DNA from: Desulfuromonas sp.
Lineage (GTDB): Bacteria; Desulfobacterota; Desulfuromonadia; Desulfuromonadales; UBA2294
DNA: 64,000 nt
Assembly (NCBI GenBank): GCA_002869615.1
Contig: PKUH01000095.1
Location: forward strand, 70,039 to 134,038
Direction of reading: 5' to 3'
The translations under genes and the position numbers were made by a program. This document shows, in pieces, positions 53,949-63,903 of the stretch. The notes beneath the pieces are model-generated. The model was not told the DNA's origin and did not search any database. It saw only the letters and a program-made list of their open reading frames with translations. The first letter of the stretch is position 1, and every line of letters begins with the position of its first letter.

Positions 53949-56264
53949 TCAGAAGAATCGTCCGATAGAAAATTCGAGTTCCGTATCTTTTTCATCCTGC
54001 AGCGGATCGAGGTTCCGTCCCCATTCGAGACGGAGCGGTCCGAGCGGACTCAGCCAGCGGATTCCACCGCCAACACTGTAACGCATACTTTCAAAAAAAT
54101 TCTCATCTTGCAACCATGCATTTCCGGTATCAAAAAAGAAAAGGCCTTTCAATCCGGCATCCTTGGCCAGAGGGAAAATGTACTCCAGGTTAAAATAAGC
54201 TTCTTTTTCACCACCGATATACTCATACTCCTGATTCGCCGAGAGGACCTCTCCACTCACCGGATCGACGACCGTCGACACGCGGCGCACTCGCGGCCCA
54301 ACCTTGCGACTCTTGAAGCCACGGATTGTCCGAATTCCGCCGAGATAGAAACGCTCACTCAGCGGAATATCCTGGTCATCGACTTCAAACATCTGCCCGA
54401 TCTGACCATGGATCATGAAAACGGTATCCCATATCAACGGAAAGAAATGACGATGATCGAGAATCACCCGGGAAAACTTCTCGTCGCCCCCGATGCCGGC
54501 ATATTCAACCGATAACTCCGATTTCGATCCCATTGACGGGTCAAGACTGTAGTCGGTCGTGTCACGCGAAATCGAAGCAAAAATCGATGACAGGGTTGTG
54601 TCTCCGGCCTGATCCTGGATCAACGAGGAAGACAGGGGATCAATATCATAAATGGTTTTCTCTTCATAGCGGTAGATAAAGAATGCCCGCATGTTCCTGG
54701 CGACCGGAAAACCGAACTTGATATCACCGCCGGTTTTTTTCTCGCTATACTCGGTCCATTCCCGCTCCGTCTTGTAGAGATCGAAGCCGAGAGTCAGATT
54801 CATATCGAGAAAATAGGGATCGACCAGCCCGACCTGGTAAACCGTACTCGATCCGCCATAAGCACCCGACAAATTCAACTTGTATCCCCTGCCGAGAAAA
54901 TTGGACTGCGAGACCGATCCCTGGGCGATCAACTTGTCGACCGAAGAGTAGCCGAGACCAATGCTGAATGTACCTGTCGGTTTTTCACGCAGATCAATAT
55001 CGATATTCATGACGCTGTCGTCATCACCCTTGCTGGTGTTAAGATTGATCTCCTCGAAATATCCGAGGTTATTGATCCGGCGACGGCTTTCATCAAGCTC
55101 TCGCGAACTGTAAATGTCGCCTTCGCTGAGCACGACTTCACGCCTGACAACCTTGTCAATCGTCTTGGTATTACCGCGAATATTAATGCGCCCAATCGCT
55201 ACCTCGACCCCTTTCTCGATCCGATATTTGATGTTGATGCTGTTCTGCCCGGGTACGGAACTGGTCATCGGCGCCACATTGACATAGGCATAACCACGAT
55301 CAGTGTAATAATTGTTGAGGGCGAGCATACTGTCGCGTAATTTTTCGCGGGAGAAGGTATCCCCTTTTTGCAGTTTTGAGAGTTCCAGCAGCTCACTTTC
55401 ATCGGTAATCAGGTCGCCGGCAAGACTGACATCACCGACGGAGAACTTTTCTCCTTCGATAATCTGGATGAAGATGTCGAGATATTTATCATCCTCGACC
55501 AGGCTGACATAAGGTTGCTTGACCTTGACCTCGATGTATCCTTCGTTGAAGTACATATCCTTGATAATTTCAAGATCGGTCTGCAGCAGTTCTTCGTTAT
55601 AGGCACCGGTATCAGTCAACCACGACATGAAAGTCCGCTCTTTGGTCTGGATCGACTTGCGCAGTTTGCGGTCCGAGAAGACACTGTTCCCTTCAAAACG
55701 GATCCGATCTATCAGAACTTTCGGAACTTCTTCGATCTCGAAGGTCAGCGTCGCCTCATTCTTTTTATTGACGTCAAGGACCGGTTTGATTTTGGCGGCA
55801 TGGTAGCCTTTTTCGATATAAGCGGCTTCAAGCTCACGGACCGATTGAGCAGCGACTTTCGGATTGTAGATATCCGGGGTCTTGACTGTTACCAGTGGGC
55901 TCAGCTTGCTTCGGTTAATCGCTTCGTTGCCGGTGAATTTGACCCGGCGAACAAGCGGCCGCTCGACGACCCTGAAAACCAGCACCGACTCACCTTCCAA
56001 TGTCAAAAGTTCTGCGGCAACGTCATCAAATTTGCCAAGTTTGAAGATTTCCTTCAGGTCGCGATCAATCGCATCACGAGAAACGGCGGTACCCGGCTTG
56101 ACGGAAAGGACCGCAAGGATCGGGTTTTCATCAAGCCGCTGATTACCTTCAATGACAATCCGGTCAAAGGTAACGGTATTTGCGGCAACCGGCAGGACCG
56201 ACAGAACAACAAGCAGGAGAGTCAATGTAAAAAGACGTAACAACATAAGGGCAGTCCGGTTCAT
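53949..56264 (-). CDS. bamA: Outer membrane protein assembly factor BamA
   Basis: Five POTRA-like repeats and a C-terminal beta-barrel ending FSIGRFF. I prefer the start at MNRTALML (56264), which gives a signal peptide. The track start is 56294. Confidence 0.95.
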   Translation of the reverse strand: MNRTALMLLRLFTLTLLLVVLSVLPVAANTVTFDRIVIEGNQRLDENPILAVLSVKPGTAVSRDAIDRDLKEIFKLGKFDDVAAELLTLEGESVLVFRVVERPLVRRVKFTGNEAINRSKLSPLVTVKTPDIYNPKVAAQSVRELEAAYIEKGYHAAKIKPVLDVNKKNEATLTFEIEEVPKVLIDRIRFEGNSVFSDRKLRKSIQTKERTFMSWLTDTGAYNEELLQTDLEIIKDMYFNEGYIEVKVKQPYVSLVEDDKYLDIFIQIIEGEKFSVGDVSLAGDLITDESELLELSKLQKGDTFSREKLRDSMLALNNYYTDRGYAYVNVAPMTSSVPGQNSINIKYRIEKGVEVAIGRINIRGNTKTIDKVVRREVVLSEGDIYSSRELDESRRRINNLGYFEEINLNTSKGDDDSVMNIDIDLREKPTGTFSIGLGYSSVDKLIAQGSVSQSNFLGRGYKLNLSGAYGGSSTVYQVGLVDPYFLDMNLTLGFDLYKTEREWTEYSEKKTGGDIKFGFPVARNMRAFFIYRYEEKTIYDIDPLSSSLIQDQAGDTTLSSIFASISRDTTDYSLDPSMGSKSELSVEYAGIGGDEKFSRVILDHRHFFPLIWDTVFMIHGQIGQMFEVDDQDIPLSERFYLGGIRTIRGFKSRKVGPRVRRVSTVVDPVSGEVLSANQEYEYIGGEKEAYFNLEYIFPLAKDAGLKGLFFFDTGNAWLQDENFFESMRYSVGGGIRWLSPLGPLRLEWGRNLDPLQDEKDTELEFSIGRFF

Positions 56265-56271
56265 TCTTGAT

Positions 56272-56940
56272 TTAATTGCAGGCAAAACGGCCATCTTCCA
56301 TGGTTACAATCCGGTCCATCCGGCTTGCCAGCTGTTCACTGTGCGTCACAACAACCATTGTCAGCTGACGCTTTTCATAAAGTTTCTGAAACACCCAGTA
56401 GATCCCTTCCGAGGTCCGGCTGTCGAGATTCCCGGTCGGTTCATCTGCGAGCAGCAGCTTCGGTTCCATCACCAGGGCGCGGGCAATGGCAACCCGTTGT
56501 TGTTCGCCACCCGACAACTGGCCCGGTTTATGGGTCAGACGATGCGCCAGACCGACTTCATCTAGCAGTTCAGTCGCCCGGGAGCGAATTTCATTTTCTT
56601 CCATCCGGGCGATCAGGCCAGGCATCAGAACGTTTTCAAGAGCCGTAAATTCAGGCAACAGCTGATTGAACTGGAACACGAAACCGACCGTACGGTTCCG
56701 AAACCGGTCGAGATCGTCGCCGTTCAGGGAGAAAACATCCTGACCTTCGACTGAAACCTTCCCTGTGGTCGGCCGATCAAGGGCACCGAGTATATGCATC
56801 AGGGTCGTCTTGCCGGCACCGGAGGCACCGACAACAGCGACTTTTTCTCCGGCCGCAACGGTCAGGTTTATATCATGGAGAACATCAACCTGCTTATTGC
56901 CGATACCGTAACTTTTATTCACTTCTTCAACCCTGACCAT
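56272..56940 (-). CDS. lolD: Lipoprotein-releasing ABC transporter ATP-binding protein
   Basis: 222 aa. [25 protein letters not shown] and [12 protein letters not shown] motifs. Adjacent to the lolC/E-type permease. Confidence 0.9.
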   Translation of the reverse strand: MVRVEEVNKSYGIGNKQVDVLHDINLTVAAGEKVAVVGASGAGKTTLMHILGALDRPTTGKVSVEGQDVFSLNGDDLDRFRNRTVGFVFQFNQLLPEFTALENVLMPGLIARMEENEIRSRATELLDEVGLAHRLTHKPGQLSGGEQQRVAIARALVMEPKLLLADEPTGNLDSRTSEGIYWVFQKLYEKRQLTMVVVTHSEQLASRMDRIVTMEDGRFACN

Positions 56941-56948
56941 AACAACAC

Positions 56949-58202
56949 CTATTCATAACGCAACGCCTCGGCCGGATCCATCCGGGCCGCATGCCAGGCC
57001 GGATAAATCGTCGCCAGGAGCGAAATAATCATGGCCATGGCTGCAATCGCAATAACATCGCTGGCCAGAACGACCGACGGGAACTGTTCCATACCATAAA
57101 CCGCCTGATCAAAGATCCGGATTCCGAACAGGCTTTCAATCCACTTGATAATCGGATCGGCATTAACAGCCAGAAGCAGCCCGAGCAGAGTTCCGAGCGC
57201 TGTTCCGAGCGTTCCGATGACAAGACCTTCCAGAACGAAAATGCGCATCACGCTGACCGCGTTTGCCCCCATCGATCGCAACACCGCAATGTCACGGGTT
57301 TTCTCCATGACGACCATGATCAGGGTCGTTGCGATATTGAAGGCCGCGACCAGCACAATGATGCCAAGAACAATGAACAGGCCGAGCTTTTCGAGACGCA
57401 GGGCCGACAGAAAGGAACCGAACATATCCTCCCAGGATCGGACCGACAATGGATAACCAAGTTCATCGCGCAAGGTTGAAGCGACCTATTTGGCCTGTTC
57501 AAAGGAAGCGACTTCGAGTTCAAGCCCGGAAACCTTGTTTTCAAAGTCAAAAAACCGCTGCGCTTCGCTCATCGAGATATAGGCAAAAAAGGTATCGAAA
57601 AAACCACCATGCTGATTAAATATCCCGACGACCTCGAACGGCTTCATCTTCGGGATCATGCCGAATGGCGTAATCGTAAACATCGGCGGGATGATATTGA
57701 TCTTGTCACCCAGCGTTACGCCCAGGGTTGATGCCGAATCGCCGCTGATGACAACCCCCGGAAGCTTCCGATCAGTCGCAAAAACCAGCTGACCAACCGG
57801 CATATCGGCCAGGGTCATCATCCTGTCAGAAAATATCCGGTGTCCCTGTTCCACCCCTTTCACACTGACCGCTGCCACGTTGTTGTGCGACAACAGCATC
57901 GCATGCCTGGAGACAAACGGCGTAACCCTGGTAACCTCCGGAGATGCATTCCTGACCTGATCGATGACCTCCTGGTAGGAGTCAATGCCGCCGCCATGCT
58001 TCTGAATCAGAATATGCGACACATTGCCGAGGATCTGCTTGCGGACACCGTCGTGGAAACCGGTCATGATCGCCAGAACCAGAATCAACGAGGCAACCCC
58101 GAGGGTCACTCCGCCGATCGAAATAAAGGATATAACCGAAATAAAGGTCTGTTTCCTCTTGGCGCGCAGGTAGCGCATGCTGACGAACCATTCGAAATTC
58201 AT
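56949..58202 (-). pseudogene. lolE: LolC/E-family lipoprotein-releasing permease interrupted by an in-frame TAG
   Basis: Track ORFs 57486..58202 (TM1 plus periplasmic domain) and 56949..57473 (FtsX-type TM2-4, EKTRDIAVLRSMGA) share one frame. TAG lies at 57488-57486. The read-through context is FEQAK*VASTLRDELGYPLSVRSWEDM. Confidence 0.85.
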
Positions 58203-58220
58203 GACAGGATACCGGGCACC

Positions 58221-59702
58221 TTAAACCTGTTTCCGCAACTGCGGAAAGAGAATGACGTCCCGGATCGATGCCGAATCGGTCAGCAGCATGACCAGTCGAT
58301 CAATGCCGATCCCCTCGCCGGCGGTCGGTGGCAGACCGTATTCCAGGGCGCGGATATAATCCTCGTCCATGGCGTGGGCTTCGTCATCACCCGCTTCCTT
58401 CTCTTTCAGTTGATCCTCAAACCGACCTTTCTGGTCAATCGGATCATTAAGCTCGGAGAAGGCATTGGCCAACTCGCGGCCGACGATAAAGAGTTCGAAG
58501 CGATCAACCACCTCCGGATTTTCATCGTTGCGGCGCGACAGCGGCGACACGTCGGTCGGGTACTCGGTGATAAAGACCGGGTTCCAGAGTTGCGGTTCGG
58601 CAACTTCATCGAAAATTTCGGTCAGGAGCTTGCCGTGGCCAATGCTCTTGTCGAGTTCGAGACCCTTCTCGTTAGCAAAGTCGAGCAGTTTCGGCCGATC
58701 GTCCAGATCCGCCATCTCAAGGTCACTGTATTTGACAATCGCTTCACGGACAGTCAGCCGCTCCCAGGGCGCCGAAAGATCAACGTCCTTACCGCCATAG
58801 GGGAATTTGAGTGCGCCGACGACCTGTTCGGCGACATGACAGATCAATCGCTCGGTAAAGTCCATCAGGTCTTCGTAGGTCGCATAAGCCTGATAGAACT
58901 CCATCATCGTAAATTCCGGATTATGCTGGATCGAGATCCCCTCGTTGCGAAAGTTGCGGTTGATCTCGAAGACCCGGTCAAAACCGCCGACGACCAGACG
59001 CTTGAGATAAAGCTCCGGTGCGATCCGCAGGAACAGGTCCATCTTCAGGGTGTTGTGATGAGTGACGAACGGCTTGGCGGTGGCGCCGCCGGCGATCTGC
59101 TGCATCATCGGGGTCTCGACTTCGAGGAAGTCATTCTCCTGCATATACTCACGGATCAGGCGAATGATCGCGGAGCGCTTGCGAAAGACCTCGCGAACAT
59201 CCGGGTTGACGATCAGATCGACATAACGCTGCCGGTAGCGGGTTTCGACATCGGTCAGACCATGCCATTTTTCCGGTAGTGGTTGCAGTGACTTGGTCAG
59301 GATCCGGACGGATGATGCGCGCAAAGACAATTCATCTGTCTTGGTCCGGAACGGTTGGCCGGAAACGCCGATAATATCACCGACATCAAACTTGCGAAAC
59401 TGCTCGAAGTGATCATCGCCAACTTGCTGTTTTGCAATATATATCTGCAGGCGCCCGGAGCGATCCTGAAGTTGGACAAAAGCTGCCTTGCCGAAATCAC
59501 GCATCGCCATGATCCGGCCAGCCACGGTGTATTCAGTCTCGGTTGATTCGAGCGCTTCCTTGCCATGCTCGGCATGCGCCGCATGAACATCAGCCGTGAC
59601 GTGGGTCGTCCTGAAGTCGTTGGCAAACGGGTTATTCCCCTGCTCGCGCAGTTCGTCGAGCTTGGCCCGGCGTTGCTGCAAAAGTTCGTTCTGTTCGTCC
59701 AT
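58221..59702 (-). CDS. lysS: Lysine--tRNA ligase (class II)
   Basis: 493 aa. OB-fold N-domain and class II motifs ([33 protein letters not shown]). Confidence 0.95.
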   Translation of the reverse strand: MDEQNELLQQRRAKLDELREQGNNPFANDFRTTHVTADVHAAHAEHGKEALESTETEYTVAGRIMAMRDFGKAAFVQLQDRSGRLQIYIAKQQVGDDHFEQFRKFDVGDIIGVSGQPFRTKTDELSLRASSVRILTKSLQPLPEKWHGLTDVETRYRQRYVDLIVNPDVREVFRKRSAIIRLIREYMQENDFLEVETPMMQQIAGGATAKPFVTHHNTLKMDLFLRIAPELYLKRLVVGGFDRVFEINRNFRNEGISIQHNPEFTMMEFYQAYATYEDLMDFTERLICHVAEQVVGALKFPYGGKDVDLSAPWERLTVREAIVKYSDLEMADLDDRPKLLDFANEKGLELDKSIGHGKLLTEIFDEVAEPQLWNPVFITEYPTDVSPLSRRNDENPEVVDRFELFIVGRELANAFSELNDPIDQKGRFEDQLKEKEAGDDEAHAMDEDYIRALEYGLPPTAGEGIGIDRLVMLLTDSASIRDVILFPQLRKQV

Positions 59703-59749
59703 TAAGCCGTTTCCCTTGTAGTGAGCATAATATTAAAAATGCATTCAAT

Positions 59750-61201
59750 TCAGTTTGTGAAAAAAGTCCAGTTATAATCTGCGGCAAATACGTTGCCGAA
59801 CAGGTCAGCTACAGGATGTGCCCCGCCGACACCATCTCCGGACAATGTTGCTTTATAGGTCTCACCTGCCTGTAACGGATCATTAGTCGTATCAATCTGG
59901 AATTCGTATTCTCTATCATTGGCATCGACAACAGCGACACTTGATGGGACAACAACGTTGCCCGTGCTGTCCACAAAAGAGATATTTGATACATCGATAT
60001 TGCCGTTACCGGGATCCATTGATTCACTGAAAACTACGCGCACTGCAGTGGTGGCAGCGGCTGAAACCGTTTCACCGTTGGCAGGCGTTGTGCTCACTAT
60101 GCTTGCCGGAGTCAGGTCACGAACAATCAAAACGTTTGCAACTGCCGGATCGGTGCCGTCAACATTGTCAATCGATACGGTCGCCCTATGAACACCGGAA
60201 GCAAAGCCTGAAAAAACGGCCGTCCAGTCAGACGATGTTGCAGGAGTCTGCAGCGTAACCGAACCCGAGGTAACACTTGAACTCACGACATAATCAGTTT
60301 CGCGCGTTCCATCAATCGTGACAACTGGAAGAGTGTCATCAGGTGTCGGGTAGAAATAAGGCACAACTCCGAAAAACCCCGGTATAGGGTTCGAAGGAGG
60401 AGTCGCCGTCGTAATCGCCAGTTGCGGCGCCGTCAATGGATCGGCAACTGTGTCAACAATAATCTCTGCAGTCGCATACGCTGCTTCGTCGGTGTAGTTC
60501 CCGCAATTATCGGTGTCCAATGGTTTTGTCTGATCGCAACCTCTAACAAAAACGTTATACGTGTTATCAGCCAAAAAATCATAATCAACAAACCAGACAT
60601 TGGCATTCACATCATCGACAAATGTCCAATCAGTTGAATCAAGGGGATTACAGATATTAACACCGTCTTCTATGCAGAATTGAACTTTCGCCCCAAGCTC
60701 ACCAACTGTGCCGGCAAGAACCTGTGAAGTGGTTAATGTCGGGGTTCGGTATTGGTCAAACGACACCGCAGGTCCCGTAATATCAAGAATCACAAATATG
60801 GTGAGAATGTTCGTATTACCGACCGAATCGGCGGCCTCGATCGCGATTGAATTGACACCTTCAACCAGGTTTGAAACAGAGACACTCCAATCTCCAGTGT
60901 TGCCACCGGGATAGACCGGATCACTGACAGTCGTCGCAGTGAATGCCGTAGCCGAAATCGTAACCTGGCCACCCGGCACCAGCAGTCCATCTTCATCCCG
61001 GTCAAAATATTCACCGGTCAATGTCACCGTCGCATTAGGATCATTTGTTGTCGTTCCCGGACTTCCTTTAAAAGTGATCGCAGGAGCAAGCAAATCGCCG
61101 TCTTCGGCGCCACCACAGGCAAAAAGCAGGGACAGCACAAAAAGAACCAGCAGACATCTGCACAAACTTGGTATGTTAATTGACATTGTTTCCCAATTCA
61201 T
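59750..61201 (-). CDS. Predicted lipoprotein with tandem Ig-like domains (C-terminal SbsA/Big_5-like domain)
   Basis: 483 aa. Signal peptide plus lipobox LLFAC-GG. Thr/Ser/Val/Asp-rich beta-strand-type sequence. The C-terminal TPASIVSTTPANGETVS...VRVVFSESMD resembles Big_5 Ig-like domains. Confidence 0.7.
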   Translation of the reverse strand: MNWETMSINIPSLCRCLLVLFVLSLLFACGGAEDGDLLAPAITFKGSPGTTTNDPNATVTLTGEYFDRDEDGLLVPGGQVTISATAFTATTVSDPVYPGGNTGDWSVSVSNLVEGVNSIAIEAADSVGNTNILTIFVILDITGPAVSFDQYRTPTLTTSQVLAGTVGELGAKVQFCIEDGVNICNPLDSTDWTFVDDVNANVWFVDYDFLADNTYNVFVRGCDQTKPLDTDNCGNYTDEAAYATAEIIVDTVADPLTAPQLAITTATPPSNPIPGFFGVVPYFYPTPDDTLPVVTIDGTRETDYVVSSSVTSGSVTLQTPATSSDWTAVFSGFASGVHRATVSIDNVDGTDPAVANVLIVRDLTPASIVSTTPANGETVSAAATTAVRVVFSESMDPGNGNIDVSNISFVDSTGNVVVPSSVAVVDANDREYEFQIDTTNDPLQAGETYKATLSGDGVGGAHPVADLFGNVFAADYNWTFFTN

Positions 61202-61204
61202 CCA

Positions 61205-62300
61205 TCACGACCTGCTCAGCAGGTAAGCCTCAATAAAACCGTCAAGATCACCGTCAAGAACGGCGTCGGTGTTGCCAACTTCATGCCCGGTCCGGTGATC
61301 CTTGACCATCCTGTAGGGATGAAGAACATAAGAGCGGATCTGGCTGCCCCAGCCGATCTCTTTTTTCTCGCCGGCCAGCACTTCGGCCTCTTCCTCTTTT
61401 TTCCGCAGTTCCATCTCGTACAGCCGGGATTTCAGCTCCTTCATCGCGGCCGACCTGTTTTTGTGCTGGCTGCGCTGGCTCTGGCAGGAAACCACAGTAT
61501 TGGTCGGCAGATGGGTAATCCGGATCGCCGAGTCGGTTTTGTTGACATGCTGCCCGCCGGCGCCACTGGCCCGATAGGTATCGACCTTGAGGTCCTTTTC
61601 ATTGATCTCGACGTCAATATCATCCGGCAATTCGGGGAAAACGAAAACAGAGGCGAAAGAGGTATGTCGTTTGGCATTCGAGTCAAACGGAGAAATCCGT
61701 ACCAGGCGATGAATCCCCATCTCGGCCCTTAGCCAGCCGTAAGCGTAATCTCCCTCAACGGTAAAGGTCGCACTTTTCAAACCGGCTTCATCCCCCGGTT
61801 GATAGTCGGTGATTTCTGTCTTGAAGCCGCGCTTTTCGCAGAACCTGAGATACATCCGGAAGAGCATATCGGCCCAATCCTGAGCCTCGGTGCCGCCGGC
61901 GCCGGCATTGATGCTGAAGATAGCGTCAAAGCTGTCATGTTCGCCGGAGAGCATGCGGGCGAACTCCATCTGATCGATCTTCTTGTCAAGGTCGGGCAGG
62001 AGCGCCTGGATTTCGGAGAGAGTCTCTTTATCTTCGCCCTCTTCGCCAAGTTCAGCAAGAACCATCAGGTCATCAAGTTCCTGCTGGGCATTGCTCCAGT
62101 CTTCGACAATCTTCTGAAGCCGGGTTCTTTCCTTCAGAACCTCCTGAGCCTTATCTCCCTGGTCCCAGAATTCGGGACGGGCAATCTCGGCGTCGAGCTC
62201 GGAAACTCGTTCTCGTTTCTCGTCGACGTCAAAGATACCTCCTCAGCTCGACCAGCTTTTCCTTCAGATTCTCCAGATGTGAATTCTCGTCCCGAAACAT
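61205..62300 (-). CDS. prfB: Peptide chain release factor 2 (programmed +1 frameshift)
   Basis: ORF0 runs from ATG 62300 (MFRDENSHLENLKEKLVELRRYL) to UGA 62231-62229. The +1 frame from 62230 continues DVDEKRERVSELDAEIARPEFWDQ... into track ORF 61205..62065, which carries the SPF and GGQHVNKTDSAIR motifs. The segment 62230..61205 is 1026 nt, or 342 codons. Confidence 0.95.
62229..62253 (-). promoter_or_regulatory. RF2 autoregulatory +1 frameshift site
   Basis: Minus strand reads AGGAGG TAT CTT TGA C, an internal Shine-Dalgarno followed by the CUU UGA C slippery stop. Confidence 0.9.
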
Positions 62301-62333
62301 TTACCAGACTCCATGCGGAAATTTGAATGAGGG

Positions 62334-62362
62334 ATTATAACGGGTTGAATGCTTCAGGGCAA
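62334..62362 (-). promoter_or_regulatory. Candidate sigma70 promoter for prfB
   Basis: Minus strand reads TTGCCC (62362-62357), a 17-nt spacer, then TATAAT (62339-62334). Confidence 0.55.
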
Positions 62363-62388
62363 GGTATCTTTCGCCAGTCTGAAACCGC

Positions 62389-63903
62389 TCATCTACGTAG
62401 TCTGCTTTGCCAAAACCAGACCATGCTGATCATAGTGAAAAGGAGAGGAAAAACATCACCGAATCGACCATAGAAAGTTGTTCCGGAGAGGAACTGAACA
62501 GGCTCGGTCAGGGTTGCATCACGGAACAGTCCGGATTGGGATTTGACCGATCCGTCCGGAGCAATAAATGCAGAAATCCCGGTATTGGCAGAACGGACCA
62601 GCCAGCGCCGATTTTCGACCGCCCGGAAACGGGCCATCGCCAGGTGCTGGTAAGGCGCCGAAGAGGTTCCGAACCAGGCATCATTGGTAATATTGACAAG
62701 CAGCTTGCTTCCGGCCCGGCAATAGGATCGGGCCAATTCCGGAAAAATAGCTTCGTAACAGACAAGAACGCCAATTTCCTGGCCGGCAAAATCGAGGGTT
62801 TCTATCTTGCCAGCAGAAAAATCGCCGATACCGTGAACCAGTTTATCAATGAACGGCATAAATTCACCAAACGGTACATATTCACCGAATGGTACCAGGT
62901 GGACTTTATCGCTGCGACCGGTAATTTGGCTTTCGGGTGAGATCATGAAGGCACTGTTGTAAAAACGGTAGCGGTCGGCATCGACCCTTTCATAGGCCGG
63001 GCTTCCGGTGAGTAGATGGACCTTGGTCGCTCCGGGGAAATCGAGAACCCGCTGTTGCAGTTTTGTACGATCCTGCAAATAAAAGGGGGTCGCACTTTCC
63101 GGCCAGACAACGAGCTTCGATCCACCGACGATCGCCTCCTGTGAAAGACGGAGATATTTTTCAACCGTAACGCTCTGGAGGTCGGGCGACCATTTGATAC
63201 TTTGGTCGATATTCCCCTGAATCACCGATACCCGGTGGGATTGTCCTGTGACCGCCGTTGAGTTTAAACGGAACTCACCGTATAACATAGTCGCCGTAAG
63301 AAGGAGGATAAACAGCAGGATGTATCGCCCCTGCCGAAAACGCTTCCGACGATCAGCAAGCCATTGAATCATCGAGGCGACAACTGCGTTACCGAGAATC
63401 AGAAGGCCACTGAGACCATATACCCCGACAAGGTCTGCTGATTGAATCAATCGCAAATCGTCATGTTGTGAGTATCCGAGCAGAACCCAGGGGAAACCGG
63501 TCAAAAAAGTACTTCGCAAAAGCTCGAAAGCGACCCAGATGACCGGCAAGGTGAGAGCATAGGGGTAATCGAGCCGCTGCCGGATTCGACCGGCCAACCA
63601 GGTCGACAAACCGAAAAAAAGAGCGAGGTAGGCAACCAGAATCAAGTAGGCAATCAGGGACAGAAAAGGATGGAGACGACCATAGGTCACCATCACAATA
63701 TTGAGCCAGTACAGGGTAATGCCGAAAAAAGTGATCCCGGCTGCGTAACCGCATAAAAATGGCCGGCGTTGAAGCACCAGCAAGAGAGGAACCAGGCCGA
63801 ACCAGGCCAGCAACGAAATATCCGGAAACGGAAATGCGGCCGCGAGAAGTGCGCCGGAGAACGCCGAAAGAAAGATGTCGAGCCAGAAACTGCGGGTCAT
63901 CAA
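62389..63903 (-). CDS. lnt: Apolipoprotein N-acyltransferase
   Basis: 504 aa. Multi-TM N-terminus and a C-terminal nitrilase-like CN hydrolase domain (VVWPE, LVCYE). The start is TTG 63903 or ATG 63900. Confidence 0.93.
   Translation of the reverse strand: MMTRSFWLDIFLSAFSGALLAAAFPFPDISLLAWFGLVPLLLVLQRRPFLCGYAAGITFFGITLYWLNIVMVTYGRLHPFLSLIAYLILVAYLALFFGLSTWLAGRIRQRLDYPYALTLPVIWVAFELLRSTFLTGFPWVLLGYSQHDDLRLIQSADLVGVYGLSGLLILGNAVVASMIQWLADRRKRFRQGRYILLFILLLTATMLYGEFRLNSTAVTGQSHRVSVIQGNIDQSIKWSPDLQSVTVEKYLRLSQEAIVGGSKLVVWPESATPFYLQDRTKLQQRVLDFPGATKVHLLTGSPAYERVDADRYRFYNSAFMISPESQITGRSDKVHLVPFGEYVPFGEFMPFIDKLVHGIGDFSAGKIETLDFAGQEIGVLVCYEAIFPELARSYCRAGSKLLVNITNDAWFGTSSAPYQHLAMARFRAVENRRWLVRSANTGISAFIAPDGSVKSQSGLFRDATLTEPVQFLSGTTFYGRFGDVFPLLFTMISMVWFWQSRLRR

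Noticed and set aside
56949-58202. Pyrrolysine or a general stop-codon reassignment as the explanation for the in-frame TAG and TAA codons.
   Set aside because: No pyl genes are in the window. TAG and TAA clearly terminate neighbouring genes at conserved C-termini (lolC/E TAG 56951-56949, hldE TAG 26727-26725, msbA TAA 48198-48196). Site-specific read-through is not excluded, but wholesale reassignment is.
61205-62065. prfB appearing as a 5'-truncated gene or pseudogene.
   Set aside because: The missing N-terminus is recovered through the well-known programmed +1 frameshift at CTT TGA C (62234-62228).
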